Source: Amoebophrya sp. A120 (Eukaryota > Protista > Dinoflagellata). Taken from it: a stretch of 64,000 bases of DNA. The stretch covers positions 2,643,373-2,707,372 of the forward strand of contig CAJINV010000009.1 in NCBI GenBank assembly GCA_905178155.1. The letters run 5' to 3'. The notes below the pieces were generated by a model, which was not told the DNA's origin, made no database searches, and saw nothing but the letters and a program-made list of their open reading frames with translations. Position 1 is the stretch's first letter. Each line of letters starts with the position of its first letter. This document shows positions 26,301 through 39,400 of the stretch, one piece after another. Both the position numbers and the translations under genes were made by a program.

Positions 26301-26513
26301 TCACCTGCATTGGTCACCTGCATTGGTCATATGCATTGATCATATGCATTGGTCATATGCATTGGTCATATGCATTGGTCATATGCATTGGTCATATGCA
26401 TTGGTCATATGCATTGGTCATATGCATTGGTCATATGCATTGGTCATATGCATTGGTCATATGCATTGGTCATATGCATTGGTCATATGCATTGGTCATA
26501 TGCATCGATCATA
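26301..26513. repeat. 13-bp minisatellite (TGCATTGGTCATA)n, about 16 copies, intergenic
   Basis: Direct reading. Confidence 0.95.
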
Positions 26514-26948
26514 TCAAAATTTCAGTGTCTGTATCTCCTCATCTTCAACAGCGAGGACATCGTGCGTCGTCGTCGTCGTCGTCCCGTGGTGCACGACAGC
26601 ACAAATCATGAACCAGTTGTCTTCTTTTTCTCGTCATAGTCGAATTCGTATCTTCTGAAAAATTGATTACGTACACTGCTAGCAGTGAACAACACGTGGA
26701 GCTGATGAATCTTTGCACGTCTACTTCCCCCGAAAAAGAAGCATCTGGCCGAGGAGCAGTTTCCTCATTATCAAAATCTAAATCAAACAGTAACAGAATA
26801 TAATGGTGACGATGATTTTTATACGCATCGTAACTAGTATGAATTATCAGCCAGCATTTGCATCTGTTTCTGCTCTTCCTCTTGTGGAAGGAACAAAGGG
26901 CAAGTAGGTAGAGGAAAAGCAAAGCCTTTCTTGGTGCACTAAGTGGGT

Positions 26949-28887
26949 TTAGGGCTTAGGGTATCAAGTGCAAAAATGTCTGGGTCTGGAAACTTGTAAT
27001 GCTGTGTTGGGAATAGTGAATGCTCTGTAATGCACAGCCAAGCATGACAAATATCTCCGCTTCTTTGTGTTGCGTTTTTCGCATCAGAAACTGCGTTTTT
27101 GCATGACAGGCAAAAGGGTCTCTTCTTGGACATGCATCACAAACTTTTTGGTCATGCCAGACAAGCATGACAAATCTCGCAATCTTCCAGACCCAGACAT
27201 TTTTGCATTTGATATAGGGTATATCAGTGACGGACCATGCCGACTGCGCGGCTTGTTTTCCTTGTGTCCCATCTCCATAATTTTCATAATCTCTTTATGG
27301 TGTTCTCAACTGTTACATTCTCAACTGTTACACGAATTTGTAATGCAAGAACGGCGAAAGTGAAAGGGGGAAGATTGCGCCTTTTGTATTACAGATTTGG
27401 CACAGATTTAGATGCTGTTTAGCCCTTCGGATATTTGTCATGCGAAGCAGCTTGATCGTGGCGATCTTGGTGGCAAATTTGCATGACAAATCATGTGGCA
27501 GCTGAGAATGTAACAATTGAGAACGCCATACTCTTTTGCTTCCTTTTTCGCACTGTCCGTAGGCACCATGACGAACACCTGCTCAACACCATCTCCTGCT
27601 GGTGGACCACTGTCCTGATCATTGCTGGCCATGATCTTCATCTCATTTTCGCGCAAAAGCTTCTGAACCGACATCTTTTCCATCCTCCCATCTGGGTAAA
27701 TCTTGAGCGCAACCTCTTGCCGCAATTCTGGGTATTTCAACTTCCCTTCATCCCGGAGTTTTGTTTCCGCACCGTATCTTTTCTCGTACCGAACCCACTC
27801 TGGCCTCCCGCGCCCCGATTCTACGTCCTTCGGGTGGGTGCGAATCGTATCGCCGGCCGACGGGTAGGTGCGTCGAAAAACGTCGGTTGTCGAGGGGCCG
27901 TGGATAAGAGTGATGATGAGCGGTTTTTCTTTTTCTGCACTTGCTTTAACATCTTCCAAGTCATAGTAGTGGTTCCGCTGTTCCCAGGACGGGTCCTCGT
28001 GCTGTCCCACGACCGGTGTCAGATGGAGCCATCCAGGAAGTAGATCATGATGAACTTGATCATCACTCATAATTGCGATATCGAAATCCGTGTATTCGAC
28101 AGTATCCACGTTGTACGAGTACCCTTTGAACGTTTCCGGCTCGCGAGAAGCAATCAGTTGCAGCACCACCTGGTCACGATGGTAGACGAAGCGGTAGATT
28201 TGGTCGTAGTACATGCCAGTTGTGCGACCAACGTCGCGGTTGAGGAACTGATGGTCGTGGAAGTACTTGAACACCTTTTCCTTGGCCAACTCCATTTTGC
28301 TCGGCGAAACGGAGCGACGACGATCATGATGTTGTTTTTTATCCACCTGAGCAGTCCTCGCGTCTTCTTGATGTTTTTCTGCGGAAGAAGATGGTGCTCC
28401 CGCTTGTTCAACATGATCCGCCGGATCACCAACCTCCAAGTCGCGGCCCCCCGGTATGGGGTTCTCAAACGTTCTTACACTCTCAACTGTTATACATGAA
28501 TTTGTGATGCAAGAACAGCGAAAGTGAAATCTTGCAACTCTTGCATCACAGATTTGGCACAGATTCAGATGCTTTTTGCTGCCCGCCTTCGAGAAAAATT
28601 TGTCATGCGCAGCCACTTGGCCGTGTGCTTGCTTATGGTATTTCTGCATGACAAATTCATGTAACAGTTGAGGATGTAACGTTTGAGAACGCCATACCTC
28701 CCGGGCGCAAAAAAGAAGGAAGTCCTCGTCCTCGCGAAGGGGTAGTACTGCTGGAAGAAGATCCAGCGGCGCGGCAGCTTTCCGAGCAGAACATCAAAAT
28801 GATGCTCGTAAAAGCCGCAACCGCAAGTCCACCTCGTGCTAGAGCAGGTGCACGCCCACGCTGCCGCATTGTCTTGTTGTCTTTCAT
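26949..28887 (-). CDS. Hypothetical, probably secreted or membrane-anchored protein; 3 introners
   Basis: MKDNKTMRQR..LAVAAFTSIILMFC hydrophobic N-terminus joins in frame to 27531-28454 exon; stop TAA at 26949. Confidence 0.65.
26962..27214. mobile_element. Introner family A
   Basis: TIR; DR TAGGG. Confidence 0.9.
27296..27530. mobile_element. Introner family C
   Basis: TIR; DR CTCTT. Confidence 0.9.
28455..28696. mobile_element. Introner family C
   Basis: TIR; DR imperfect (8-bp CCGGGAGG/CCGGGGGG on minus). Confidence 0.85.
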
Positions 28888-30485
28888 CAAGTAGTACGGA
28901 AAAATTATACTTCGCCCAGGTTTTTTTAGATGCTGTTGCAGTTCTTGCAAGCACGGATAGGAAAAAGAAAAACGTATTATAGCGAAAACGATAGCTCCTG
29001 TAGTAGGTGATCTTGAGTTAAGTACTTTTGTTTTTCTAGTGCTAATTTTACGTCGTGAAAAATGATCTAAAGATAGAACCAAAAGTTGCGGAAATCAAAG
29101 AGTTGCGCTTTCCTCGTTCTTGTGTAGAACAAAGCTGAACAAATTCTGATGACCTGAAAGTTTGTTGTAAGGAAATCTTCAATATCTTTAGAGGTTACTG
29201 CTAGCGATAGTACTTAATAATTGTAGTTCTTTTTGGATCGATTCAAATACAGTGAAAAATGAACGCGATGAAGTTAAATTTGATTCCATACCACAACGTC
29301 GTTGTACAACAATTTATTACGACCTCGTCACAAATCATAGTGCTCGCTGCGAGCGCAGAATTTACGAAAAATATCGAATTCGACACAAATACTTTTTCTT
29401 TTTTGCCATTGCAAGAACGTTTTGCGGGGATCGAGTTTCGCAGGAGGTGGATCGGTCATTACATACAAATCGTGCTGATCGTTTTCTTTACTTTGCCGTT
29501 CTGTTCGCCATGGGCGGGATTCGAAAAAGTATGGAGAGCTGCGCTAGCACGGCCAAGGTTCTTCATTTTCAACCGAAGAAGATGATCCCTTTGTTCTCGT
29601 CTTCGTTCCCTAGTTGATCATCCGTGTTTATTTGGATGCCCAATTTGTTCGACCCAAGAACAAGATTTTCTCTTCATCGACACGGCGACGGTCGTGAAGG
29701 CCTTGTTACTGCTACCCGCTCCCGCACGAGGACTGGTAGGGGCAAAAAATAATTATTTCTCGTCTTATCCAAAATTTTTTCCCGGTTTTTTGTTGATTAT
29801 ATAAGGGGGCTCACGTCGGGCACGAAGAAATTATTTTTTCCTCGAAAGCAGGCACCAGCCACTGCGCCGTTCCGCTAGGCGTACGGCTGGAGCCTGGCCC
29901 CGTACGTGATTAATCTTCTCTACTGCTAACAGTCATTGCACGCGTGGTGCTCGAGAAGTTGTGCAAAAGTGTACACGTGGTATGAGTCTCCTGGACTCAT
30001 ACGCAATTCTTGCTTCCATAGCTCATCGTCCACATGGACACGACGCTGCTCCTCATTACTTACTCGATGGACAAGAGCTCTTGTTGTCCCGAAAGCTTAG
30101 CTTTGCGCTCCGTAGGTAGTAAAGTCTTCACGCTTAGAAGTTCACGCGCGCGCAGGATTGCGGGCGCCGCCCTTCTTCAATCGCCAGGAGCAGCGGCGTA
30201 CTGCCGCTTAGTTTGCGCGATTTAGTCTTTGCGTCTACTACCACCTCTAGTAGCGCAACTGGGCAGCACAAGGCCCCTGTCACGCCTGCCCCTCTCCACA
30301 CCAGGGGCGGACGAAGGGTGTGACGTCGATGAAATGAAATAATTATACAGTGGAAGTGGATCCTAAAAAAAAATTAAAATAACACATATACTAGCTACCA
30401 TGTGAAGAAATAAAACCCTGTCAGAACGTAATCACGCGACCTGCGCGACCGACAACAGTCGCACGGAATGGCGTGTTAGCTCAAA

Positions 30486-30839
30486 TCACTGTTCGGGCAA
30501 CATCCCTTGCTGTCCGAGCATCACTTGCCGTTCCGGTGGTCCTCGCACAGCGCGCTTCCAGTCAATGTAAGCTTTTCCGGTAAGGCACCCTAGCTCGAAA
30601 GTGGCGAGCCCGTGCAGGCATGCAGATCCAGGTGAGAGGCCGTGGACGTGCTGTGCTTCGTACTGTTGAGACGCTTTGTGCATGGTATAGCATGCACAAG
30701 AACCGCAGCAAACCGCGGCGCTGGCCGCGGCCCCGCAGCACGCCCTCCCCGAATTCTCCGCGAATTCCTCCGCGTATTTTTTCGGGGTCCAATGTGCTGC
30801 AGCTGCACGGCAGCTGCAGCTGCCGTGCAGCTGCAGCAA
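30486..30839 (-). CDS. Small Cys-rich hypothetical protein (start uncertain)
   Basis: GC-rich ORF (CCGAAASAAVCCGSCACY) in AT-richer flanks; no ATG identified. Confidence 0.35.
   Translation of the reverse strand: MLQLHGSCSCRAAAAHWTPKKYAEEFAENSGRACCGAAASAAVCCGSCACYTMHKASQQYEAQHVHGLSPGSACLHGLATFELGCLTGKAYIDWKRAVRGPPERQVMLGQQGMLPEQ
30795..30838. repeat. Perfect 44-bp palindrome
   Basis: TGCTGCAGCTGCACGGCAGCTGCAGCTGCCGTGCAGCTGCAGCA equals its reverse complement. Confidence 0.9.
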
Positions 30840-31755
30840 AGTGGTGGTCGTAGTGGTGGAAGCAGTAGTTGCACTACTAGTGCCCTCTTGCTTCGTTCTC
30901 TCGACTTCGATTAGTAGTCTTGCGATTGGCGTTGTCCAGGACAGGGTGGTCGCCTAAATTCCCTTCCTACTACCACTAGCGGTCGAGTTTTCTTTATGTT
31001 ATCATTCAAAACTGTGTAGAAGTGCTACTGTTCCTGGACTAACTTCTTGTGTCGTGCTGTGCCACTACTTGGCTAAGGCTATTTGTTCAATTCTACTTGT
31101 AAACTTAAACTCATGTCAATTTGATGTTTCATTTGTAGATGGAGCTTCCGCTTGCACTTCTCGTCATGATTCTTACTGTGTTTTGTTAACGAAAACTAAA
31201 AGTTTCAATAAACAGTGGAGGCACGATGAAGGTTGGGAGTCATCTCGTCAGAAACTTCTTGAAGAGAGAGCAGCTACAACTTCTTCTACTAGCCTCAAAT
31301 AATTTGTTTATAACGCTTGTTGGTGTCCTGTTTGCAGCGTTTTGTGAAGATGATATGTGTCAGACACATTAGACACAGGGTGGTCCTCTCTTGGTAAAGT
31401 TTTTTTTTCTCTCGCAGAAGCTGCTTAGCTTCATCTAGAGCCCCTCTCGTTCACCTTCTATTGCCCTCGCTCGGTTAATACGGTTTTATTGCCTTTGGCT
31501 TTCTTGGACATCATCCCTCATTGCAGCACGCCCTTTCTTGCTGCAGCTTTTGAATAATTCGATTTTGTTTCATTTCCTTTTCCATGACGCTCTCTCGCCC
31601 CTTTTATTTGGAGCACAGGCTGATGATGAAAAAAAAAGAAAAACGCTCCGGAAAAAACGAAAATTTAGCGACTCCTATCTAAATGAGAACAGCGCGGCGA
31701 CGTGACCATCCGGACGGAGAAATATTTTTATACACAACATTGTATAATATTACGG

Positions 31756-33844
31756 CTAGTCATCTTTTTCTTCCACTTCTTGCAAACAGACATGTGCGGC
31801 TACCAAACTGCCTAAATCTTCGCACTTCACCCGGTCCTCATAGTTCAATTTTTTCCCCGGGTTCAAAATTGTTTTTTTCGTCTGCTTATGAATTGCAAAA
31901 GCAACGTACCAAATATAGCCGCCGGGGCGGGGGTAGTGAGGTCGTGGGCGTTTTCTTGCCGGCCATCGCCTTGGCCGTGGCTTTGCTTTTTATGGGCTCA
32001 CCATACCGCCGCGAGTAACGTTAGGCCGCACGGTATGGCGGCCGCTTCATAAACATCGCAAATTTTGGCAAATTCGCGAAATTCCTTTCCGAAGGCCAGC
32101 CCCCATGCTATGGGGCCGATCCGGGTGCCACAGGGGGCGCCCAAAAAGCGAAGAAAAATTGGGCCCGTAGCATGCGGATTGGCTTTGCGCGTCTGGGGCG
32201 CTTTTTCTTTTTCGCGTTTTTATTTTTCACGCCGGCGCTTTTTGCAAAGCTTCCCAGGCTCTAAAGCCGGCGAAAAGGCGGCCGCTTTCGCGGCCGCCCA
32301 AAATGCTCCGAAATCGCGGCCGCGCCATGCTGTTTCGCTGTTCTGATTTTGGGCGCGTTTTTTGCGCGCCCCTTTTTGGGCGCCCCAAATCGCCAGAAAC
32401 CAAGGCGGTGGGCGCCTCAAAAGGGCGCCCCTTTTGCCGGCTCCCCTGCGTCGTTTTATCAAGTGCGAATCGATAGTTTTCGACCGGGCTTGTTTGCTAT
32501 CAAAGCCCCGGCCGCTTGATAAGTGAAAACTTTTTATGTCCAAAAACGCTTCCACCCGCTTGAAAACTGGCGGCCGTTTTGCTGTCTGGCTGGCAAAAAA
32601 ACTCCCCGGTTAGAACCGTTCGGTGACCTCACTACATACTAGTATAAATGCATTACAAATTTCCTCAGCATGAAAAATGAAATTTGTAAATGCGGATTTG
32701 CCTTAAGGAAAGGACTTGTATGTAATGCAAGCCGTGTATTTATACGAGTGCGATACTTTTGCACAGGATACTGCTTTATTCCTTTGTCGAGCTGGATCGC
32801 CTCCTCGCGGCAAATGAGAAAGGGCAAGGGTCGTGCAGCAGCTCCTTCGCCAGAACTTTTATGTTCTTCGGCAGAGCTGCAGCTGTGAGGAGCATTTACA
32901 TTCTTCAAGACGTTCCGTACCCGTATCCACTGCAAAAGTATCGTACTCGTATGAATTGCAGTCATGCATGACAGATCTGGCTTCGTCCTAGCGAATTCAG
33001 CATTAGAAATTCCATTTTTGCTTCTGGAAAAATTTGTAATGCTATTTGTACTAGCACGATACTTTTGCAATGCATAAACCGCCAGCCAGTGCAAATCCGC
33101 TCGACTTGCCTGCTATGCTGCGCAAATGTCTCGCACTCGTACAAATGCATTACAAATTTCCTCAGCATGAGAAATAAAATTTGTAATGCGGGTTTACCTT
33201 TAATGCATGACTGCGATACGAGTACGATACTTTTGCACAGGATACCTCCCCGCATTCTCCCCGTCGCTTCCTGAGCTGATCGCGATTCCGCACGGTCTGT
33301 TGCGAAGTGTCGGTTCCTCATGTAGTTCATGATCTCCGTTGTAATCATTTGTCATGCTATCTTGAAACATGTGGTAGTAGTACTGATCGAAAAACTCTTT
33401 CATCATTCCCGACATTGCTGCCAAATTCTCCGGACACACGAAGACGAAGCCGGCGGCTGATTTCAGTAACTCCGTTGCTGGTGGGGGAAGCATGATCTTC
33501 GGCGGGTTCTTTCGCGAGGAGGAAGATGACGCGGATGCAGCTGGAGCGGAAGGCGCAGGTCCCGGCGCCGGGGTACTTGTTCTCAGTTGTGCCGCGCCGG
33601 ACATCGTCTTGAGCTGCAGCAGTCTTTCACAACAGATCCGTTCGACGTGGATATTGCTTTCCTCGTTCTTTTTTGTGGCCCTGTAGTCCTTATCGTGCAT
33701 CATGACGCCTACCGTCCGTCTCGCGCCGCTCGCCACCGCACAGGACATTTGCGCGGCCAGGTTCGTACGGGAGTGGTAGAGGACCAGGATACGCCTTGCT
33801 GCTGACGACGCAGCTCCTGTAGGGGTTGCGCCAGATGAAGCCAT
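31756..33844 (-). CDS. Flavodoxin-fold NAD(P)H-dependent FMN reductase (WrbA-like); 3 introners
   Basis: ILVLYHSRTNLAAQM, GFVFVCPENLAAMSGMMKEFFD, SGSDGENAG|RQVERICTGWR, KCEDLG motifs; stop TAG at 31756. Confidence 0.8.
31887..32770. mobile_element. Introner family B with ~730-bp GC-rich nested insert (about 31910-32638)
   Basis: TIR halves at 31887 and 32770; DR CTGCT. Confidence 0.82.
32924..33076. mobile_element. Introner family B
   Basis: TIR; DR ACCCG/AACCG. Confidence 0.88.
33114..33244. mobile_element. Introner family B
   Basis: TIR; DR CCTGC/CCTCC. Confidence 0.88.
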
Positions 33845-34735
33845 CTTGTTTTGCTACTTTGCAGCCCTGTTATTTTTCTTGGTCGCCTTGATGTGCCTAC
33901 GGGTATGGCAGGCAGGAGTGGCTTCCAGTTGATAATAAGAAAATGTACGAGGAACACGACGACCTCCTTCATCCTTCCGTCATCGGAGGCGATTGTCGGC
34001 ATATTATGCTCGACGAAACTTCTGCCATGCAGCTAGAAGATCTTCACGCTATAAGCAATAAGTACATGCTGTCGCGATGAAAGTCCGGCTCCGGTGGATT
34101 ATTTATTCCATCTAGGTTGCAATAAATTCAGTCGGTTGTAGCAAGTATTTAACTCAAACCCACTCGCTGGCGAGAACGGCAAGAGAATCGCGAGAGTTCA
34201 AAATTTTGGTTGCAAGTCATTACGTTCACAAAGCTTCAAAATAGTTCCGCCGCGCTTGCGAACCTGATGCCAAACTTCAAAAATTATATAATGTGTTTAC
34301 TGACAGTGCGACGTAGTATGACGACAATTCCTCAGACGAAGCTCTAGAAATAAATAGCTACTACTGGCGCAGCCAAGATGAGGCTGTTGCGTCTTGATAG
34401 GTGTGCAAAAAGATAACTTGGTTGCGTTTTTCCTTTTTCTACTTGATTAAAGAAGTTCTACCCAATCTATAGTCATGGTGTCAAGAACATGCGTAGCAAG
34501 GCAGATGTAGGTAAAAGTAGAACAAAAGTAGTAGGTGAGTATGCTCCTTCTTATGCTCCTAGCAGAATAGGATCCTTCTGATGCTCCTTTCCAGACGGCT
34601 CGGACTCTAAGCACCATGATCGGGCTCGGAGTCACTCTGCGCTTCCTCTCAGCTTTTCAACATCTTTGAGACGAGACGTCCCCGGCAATTTTATTTATGT
34701 GCCGCACCACTCATATTTGATGTGCTCGGCCAGAC

Positions 34736-35395
34736 TCATGGAATTCCGGACCTGCAGGTAGAATGAAGAAACCAATTCGACTTCCCCCAAAAAAAATGCA
34801 CGTCCCAGCACGACGCCGGGACCTTGATCGCACCCGGCTCCATGCCCGTGTGATCCCCTGCTTTGCGGCAGCGCAGAATGCGGCCGGGAGGGAACATCTT
34901 GTACGTCCACACGTCGCATTGCTTCCCCTGATTGTCAACTGCGCGCTCGCAGTCGTGCGCCTTCTTCCCGATCTCGCGATATGATGAAAGAACCTTCCCC
35001 GACATTGTCGCCAATTGTGCTCGAAAAAGCGACAGCGTTTCATCCAAGTCGCCGCAGTTCTCTACCTTCACAGACTCAGGCACAGAACTGGCCAGCGGAC
35101 CCGGGATCGGCTCGACCGGAGAAGCGGGCAGATCAGGCTGAGAAATGTGGGTCGAACCGCGAGGGTCGATCGGCTCATCTTCAGGAGTAATGGGCTTCAG
35201 CTTCTCCTTGTTCTTCGCAGCATCTTGATCTTTATCACCATCCACCTCTTGCATCTTCGTCTTGTGCACCAGGGTGGACACCATCACTCCCGCCACTTCT
35301 CCCAGCGGGGAAATATAACCCCCGTAGTATTTTTCGCCGCCAAGAACCAGGAAGGTCGCGGCCGTGGTGAGCATTTTTTTGGTCTTCATTGGCAA
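34736..35395 (-). CDS. Intronless hypothetical protein, hydrophobic N-terminus and Cys-containing C-terminal domain
   Basis: 219-aa ATG ORF with coding-like composition. Confidence 0.55.
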   Translation of the reverse strand: MPMKTKKMLTTAATFLVLGGEKYYGGYISPLGEVAGVMVSTLVHKTKMQEVDGDKDQDAAKNKEKLKPITPEDEPIDPRGSTHISQPDLPASPVEPIPGPLASSVPESVKVENCGDLDETLSLFRAQLATMSGKVLSSYREIGKKAHDCERAVDNQGKQCDVWTYKMFPPGRILRCRKAGDHTGMEPGAIKVPASCWDVHFFWGKSNWFLHSTCRSGIP

Positions 35396-36409
35396 GGAGC
35401 GCGGTTTTTTTTTGTGCTCGAATTCTTGCCCTTGCGTTGGAGCGCGAGGATTTTTGCTTTTATATTTTCTCTACTGCAACGAAGTCTGAGTTTGTTATGC
35501 TTGTGTGGCGATGCTGAGCGCGGGGGTTCGTTGGGTTCCTCCTGTTTTTCGCACACGCGACCTGTGTGCTTCTAGTTGCCTTGCAAGTATTTTTATTGTC
35601 CAACTACAATGAGGTGACAAGCCGTAGCAGCGCTTCTGCTCGACAGGCACCAGCTTTGCAAGATTCTATTACACGACAACCGAAAGTCGACGGACTGATT
35701 ATCAGATGGCCGACAGTGCTGAGAGGCAGTCATCAATTTTAATTTTTCACCGACTTCATCAGCCCTACTTACTTACTACTTCTAGTTTCAAAATTTATTA
35801 AACCCGACATAGCTGACGCGCCAGACCGAAGTTTGCAAATTGGGCCGCACTTCGAGCAGCTGTCTTGAACAACATCAACAAATCAAGCCATTCGACAGGG
35901 TGATGTAGGGAGCACGACTGGACGTCGGACCGACTTGAGAAGATGTTGGCCGAGTTTAATCTATTTCATCTATAGGAACAATGGATCTACTGCCGGAAAC
36001 TTCTACCCGAGCCTTAGTGGGTTTCCACTCACTTGTACGAGGACGAGTGCGTGTACTAACTTTAGGGGGCAACAAAAACTCTGTTGTAATTTGATCGAGC
36101 CGAGGTTTGTTGAAACAGACAGGCCCGCCTATGCCAACTACTACTCTTGCAGAATCGATTTTGAAGGCCGCTGCCGCTGCGTTCATCTGTGCGTCGACGT
36201 AGTTTGTCGCTGTTCGCATCACAGGAGCTGCATCAGCAAATTACACAAACAAGTAGAGTGCTGCCCGCTTCATCGCGTAGCCTCATGATGATCTTCGCAG
36301 TTGTTCTCCTGTTGAACTCTTCACCGAACTAACTTCTCCTTCGTGAAGAACACTTTTTTTTTTTCCTGCCCTTCGGCGGAGGGGAACCAGCAGGAACACA
36401 CTTCGTCTA

Positions 36410-39400
36410 CTATCTCGACGCAACGCGGTCGTTTGTTCTTCTACTTAGTCTTCCCATGGTCACGTGCATGTTCGCAATGTTTATCTTATGTCTGGAAAAT
36501 CCGCGCAGACTCCCGTCCGCAATGGCGCCAAAGCGTAGAGCTGAGGTGCGGACCTTCGGAAATTGGAAAATAGGCGATTTCTCGAGGGTCTCGTGTATCT
36601 CTGTTGAAGCAGAAGCGGTAGCGCCGTCAGGTGTAAGTGTAGTTGCTCTTGGGCTTGGCTCTTGATTTTTCACATTCACTGATGCGTTGATGCCATTCGG
36701 CGTCCAAACAGTAGCTGCTTGCCTTTGCGTCTCAAGTGGCTGTGTGGACGCCTCGACGTCTGGTATGGTAGTATCGGGGGCTCGTCCAGATAGCACCTCT
36801 AAACCTCCTCTGTCCCCGAGGCTCAAAACGGTAACCGCAGGAGAACTACTCGCACTCGCTGCTACTGGGGACGAGGCTGTTGTATCTGTATTGCGGCCCG
36901 CTAATACTTTTGGTTGAAAAAAATCTCCGATGCCGGAAACCTTTCGCGAAGATGGCACTAGTTGTCCCACCTGTTCTATTTGTTTGAGCTTCGCGTCGCT
37001 GCTTTTGGGAGCGGATTCTTGTTGTGGAGATGTAGTCGTGGCCCCGATGGTCTCGTCCTGCCCTGAAACGCTACCCGTTTTCGCTTTCTTGAAACACTCA
37101 TTCAGATACAGCCACGATGTGGTTTGGCCTGCTTGAAACGGACCACCAACATCTTCTCTGCCAGTTGCTGCACCAGCAGCAGCCACAGCCGCGGCCGGCT
37201 GAACATTTACGACGCCAAACCGCAGTGGTAAAAATATTTGCTTGACTACTTGTTCATCTTGTTCACGCGTTTTCATGTTCCCTTGACCTTGTGCAGCTGG
37301 TCCTCCACCTGGGTCGACCTCGACAAGGCACTATCAAATGTAAAAATGTCTGGGTCTGGAAGAATGCAAGATTTGTGACGCAGGTTTTTCATGGCCCATG
37401 AGGTCTGGAATGCGAGACCCAGCATGACAGATTCTTTGAGGTCTCTATCATGCCTTTCCTGCATGAGAAACCCCCCCTCAACTTGGTCAAAAGTGGACAG
37501 CTTTTGGCACTCACGCAACACAGATTTTTGCATCATTTAGATTTAGCATGACAAGTTCTAATCTTCCAGACCCAGACATTTTTACGGTTGCTAGGCACTC
37601 TATCGTGTTGGCCTGCTTCTGTTTGTCCACAACTCGAAGTAAGAGAACGATTTCAGTCGTGATTCTAGATCGGTAGTGGCTGTTAGTGCTAGCGGGACCA
37701 CGAAGAGGCACATCACCAGCATGATCTATGTGCACTTTGTCCTCACAGAGCCAAACCGTGAACCCCTCGATATTGCTGTACACCGCGTTCTTCCCACTGT
37801 TTTCTATCGTGAGGAAAAATCCCCCCTCCCCATACCGAAGCGACCTACTTCTGAAAATTTGCGATGCTGATCTGTGGCCACAAATCGTCTCTGTATTGCA
37901 AGAAGGCCAATCCAGAGACCCCGCCGCATTATACAGACGGTTTGTGATGCTATGGAGCCTACAGAGTACACATTTGCCGTGCTATGCGCCTACGAGAAAA
38001 CCCCTCTAGGTAGGCTTGGTATGGGCCTGCAGTCCCATACTGCAAGACAGACCTGATTTATTTGTGTACGCAATAAATCCAGCATGAGAAACTTCCTTTT
38101 GATATGGGGAGGGGGAATTTTTCCTCTCGATATATTCGGAAAAAACTTCTCTTTTCGACAACACGATGGAGCAGGTCCGGGCCGGCTTCGCGTCCGTGAG
38201 TGTGGATTTCACCAGTTCCGAGTTCATCTGCGTCTTTTGCTGCGGGGTTAGGTGGTTTTGAGCCTGAACGACCACTGCTGGACCGCCGTGGTCGTGGTTT
38301 TTTTCGGTTCCTCCAGCTCCTTGTGAGATGGCTTGATTTTTTTCCTCTCCTGGATTATACTTTGCTTTTTCACTCGTTCTACTTCCCATATAATCCTTCT
38401 GCAGCATCGTCCGCGCGCCGGTTTTGCCGTCGGTGACCACCTGCACTAAATTCACCTCAGCGTTGCGGTGGTAGAGACCCATGTTTATTCCGTCTTCAGT
38501 AGTAGAAGAGCTAGAGCTTGTTTTTGAGCTACTTCTTCTTGCCGCATTGATATTTTGGTACTCGACGATCCGTTGCTTGAGTCTCTCTACGAAAGAACTC
38601 GATCCAGAGGAATTCCTGGGTGGAGCATCAGCACTTCCTTCCACTGCATGAGCTGCTGCTGATGCAGTCGGCTTCCCCCACGCGACTTCCTCGACCACAG
38701 TATGAGAGTGCACAACTCCCCCTCCCCCTCATTTGTAATGCAAAATACCCAATCCACCCTTTGCCTCTTGGCACTGTTTGCATGACAAGTTCTGGTCGCC
38801 CAAATAGCACTAGACTCAAGTGAAAATCTGTCATGCAAAACCGGCACTCTTGCTGATGCTTGTATTGCCGTTCATGCTACACAAATGAGGGGGAGGGGGA
38901 GTTGTGCACTGTTATACACAGCATCGGAAAACGTGAACTCCGGACTGGAAGAAAACTTCTCAACCGTCAAAACCGCTTCAAAATGTTCTAATCGGTCCTC
39001 ATCGGAGTATGGATTGCAAATATGTCTGGGTCCGGAAACTTGTAATGCTAAAAGTGAATGATAGACGCACACGCACTGCAATACGCAGCTATCGCGATGC
39101 ATGAACTAAAATAATTTGGTTGCCATGTCTTACGTGTTCCGCATGGCGAACTGCGTTTTTGCATGACAGGCAAGAGGACTTTGTCGTGCCTATACAACGC
39201 AGATTCTCGAGTCATGCCAGACAAGCCTGACAAACTTGCATTCTTCCAGACCCAGACATTTTTGCTTTTGATACAGAGGTCCCATTGTCAATGTCAAACT
39301 CGACCACGTCGTGATTTGTTGTTCCCTCTCCTTGCGTTGTTTGTGTTTCCAAACCAAGGATTTCATCGCTGTTTCTTTCAGCAACATTAAACGTCGGTGG

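Noticed and set aside
26201-26658. ORFs with HMHWSYALVICIG repeats
   Set aside because: Artefact of the 13-bp minisatellite.
29740-29842. Imperfect ~20-bp inverted repeat in intergenic DNA
   Set aside because: AT-rich, no TAT/ATA ends, no TSD and no internal motif; not counted as an introner.
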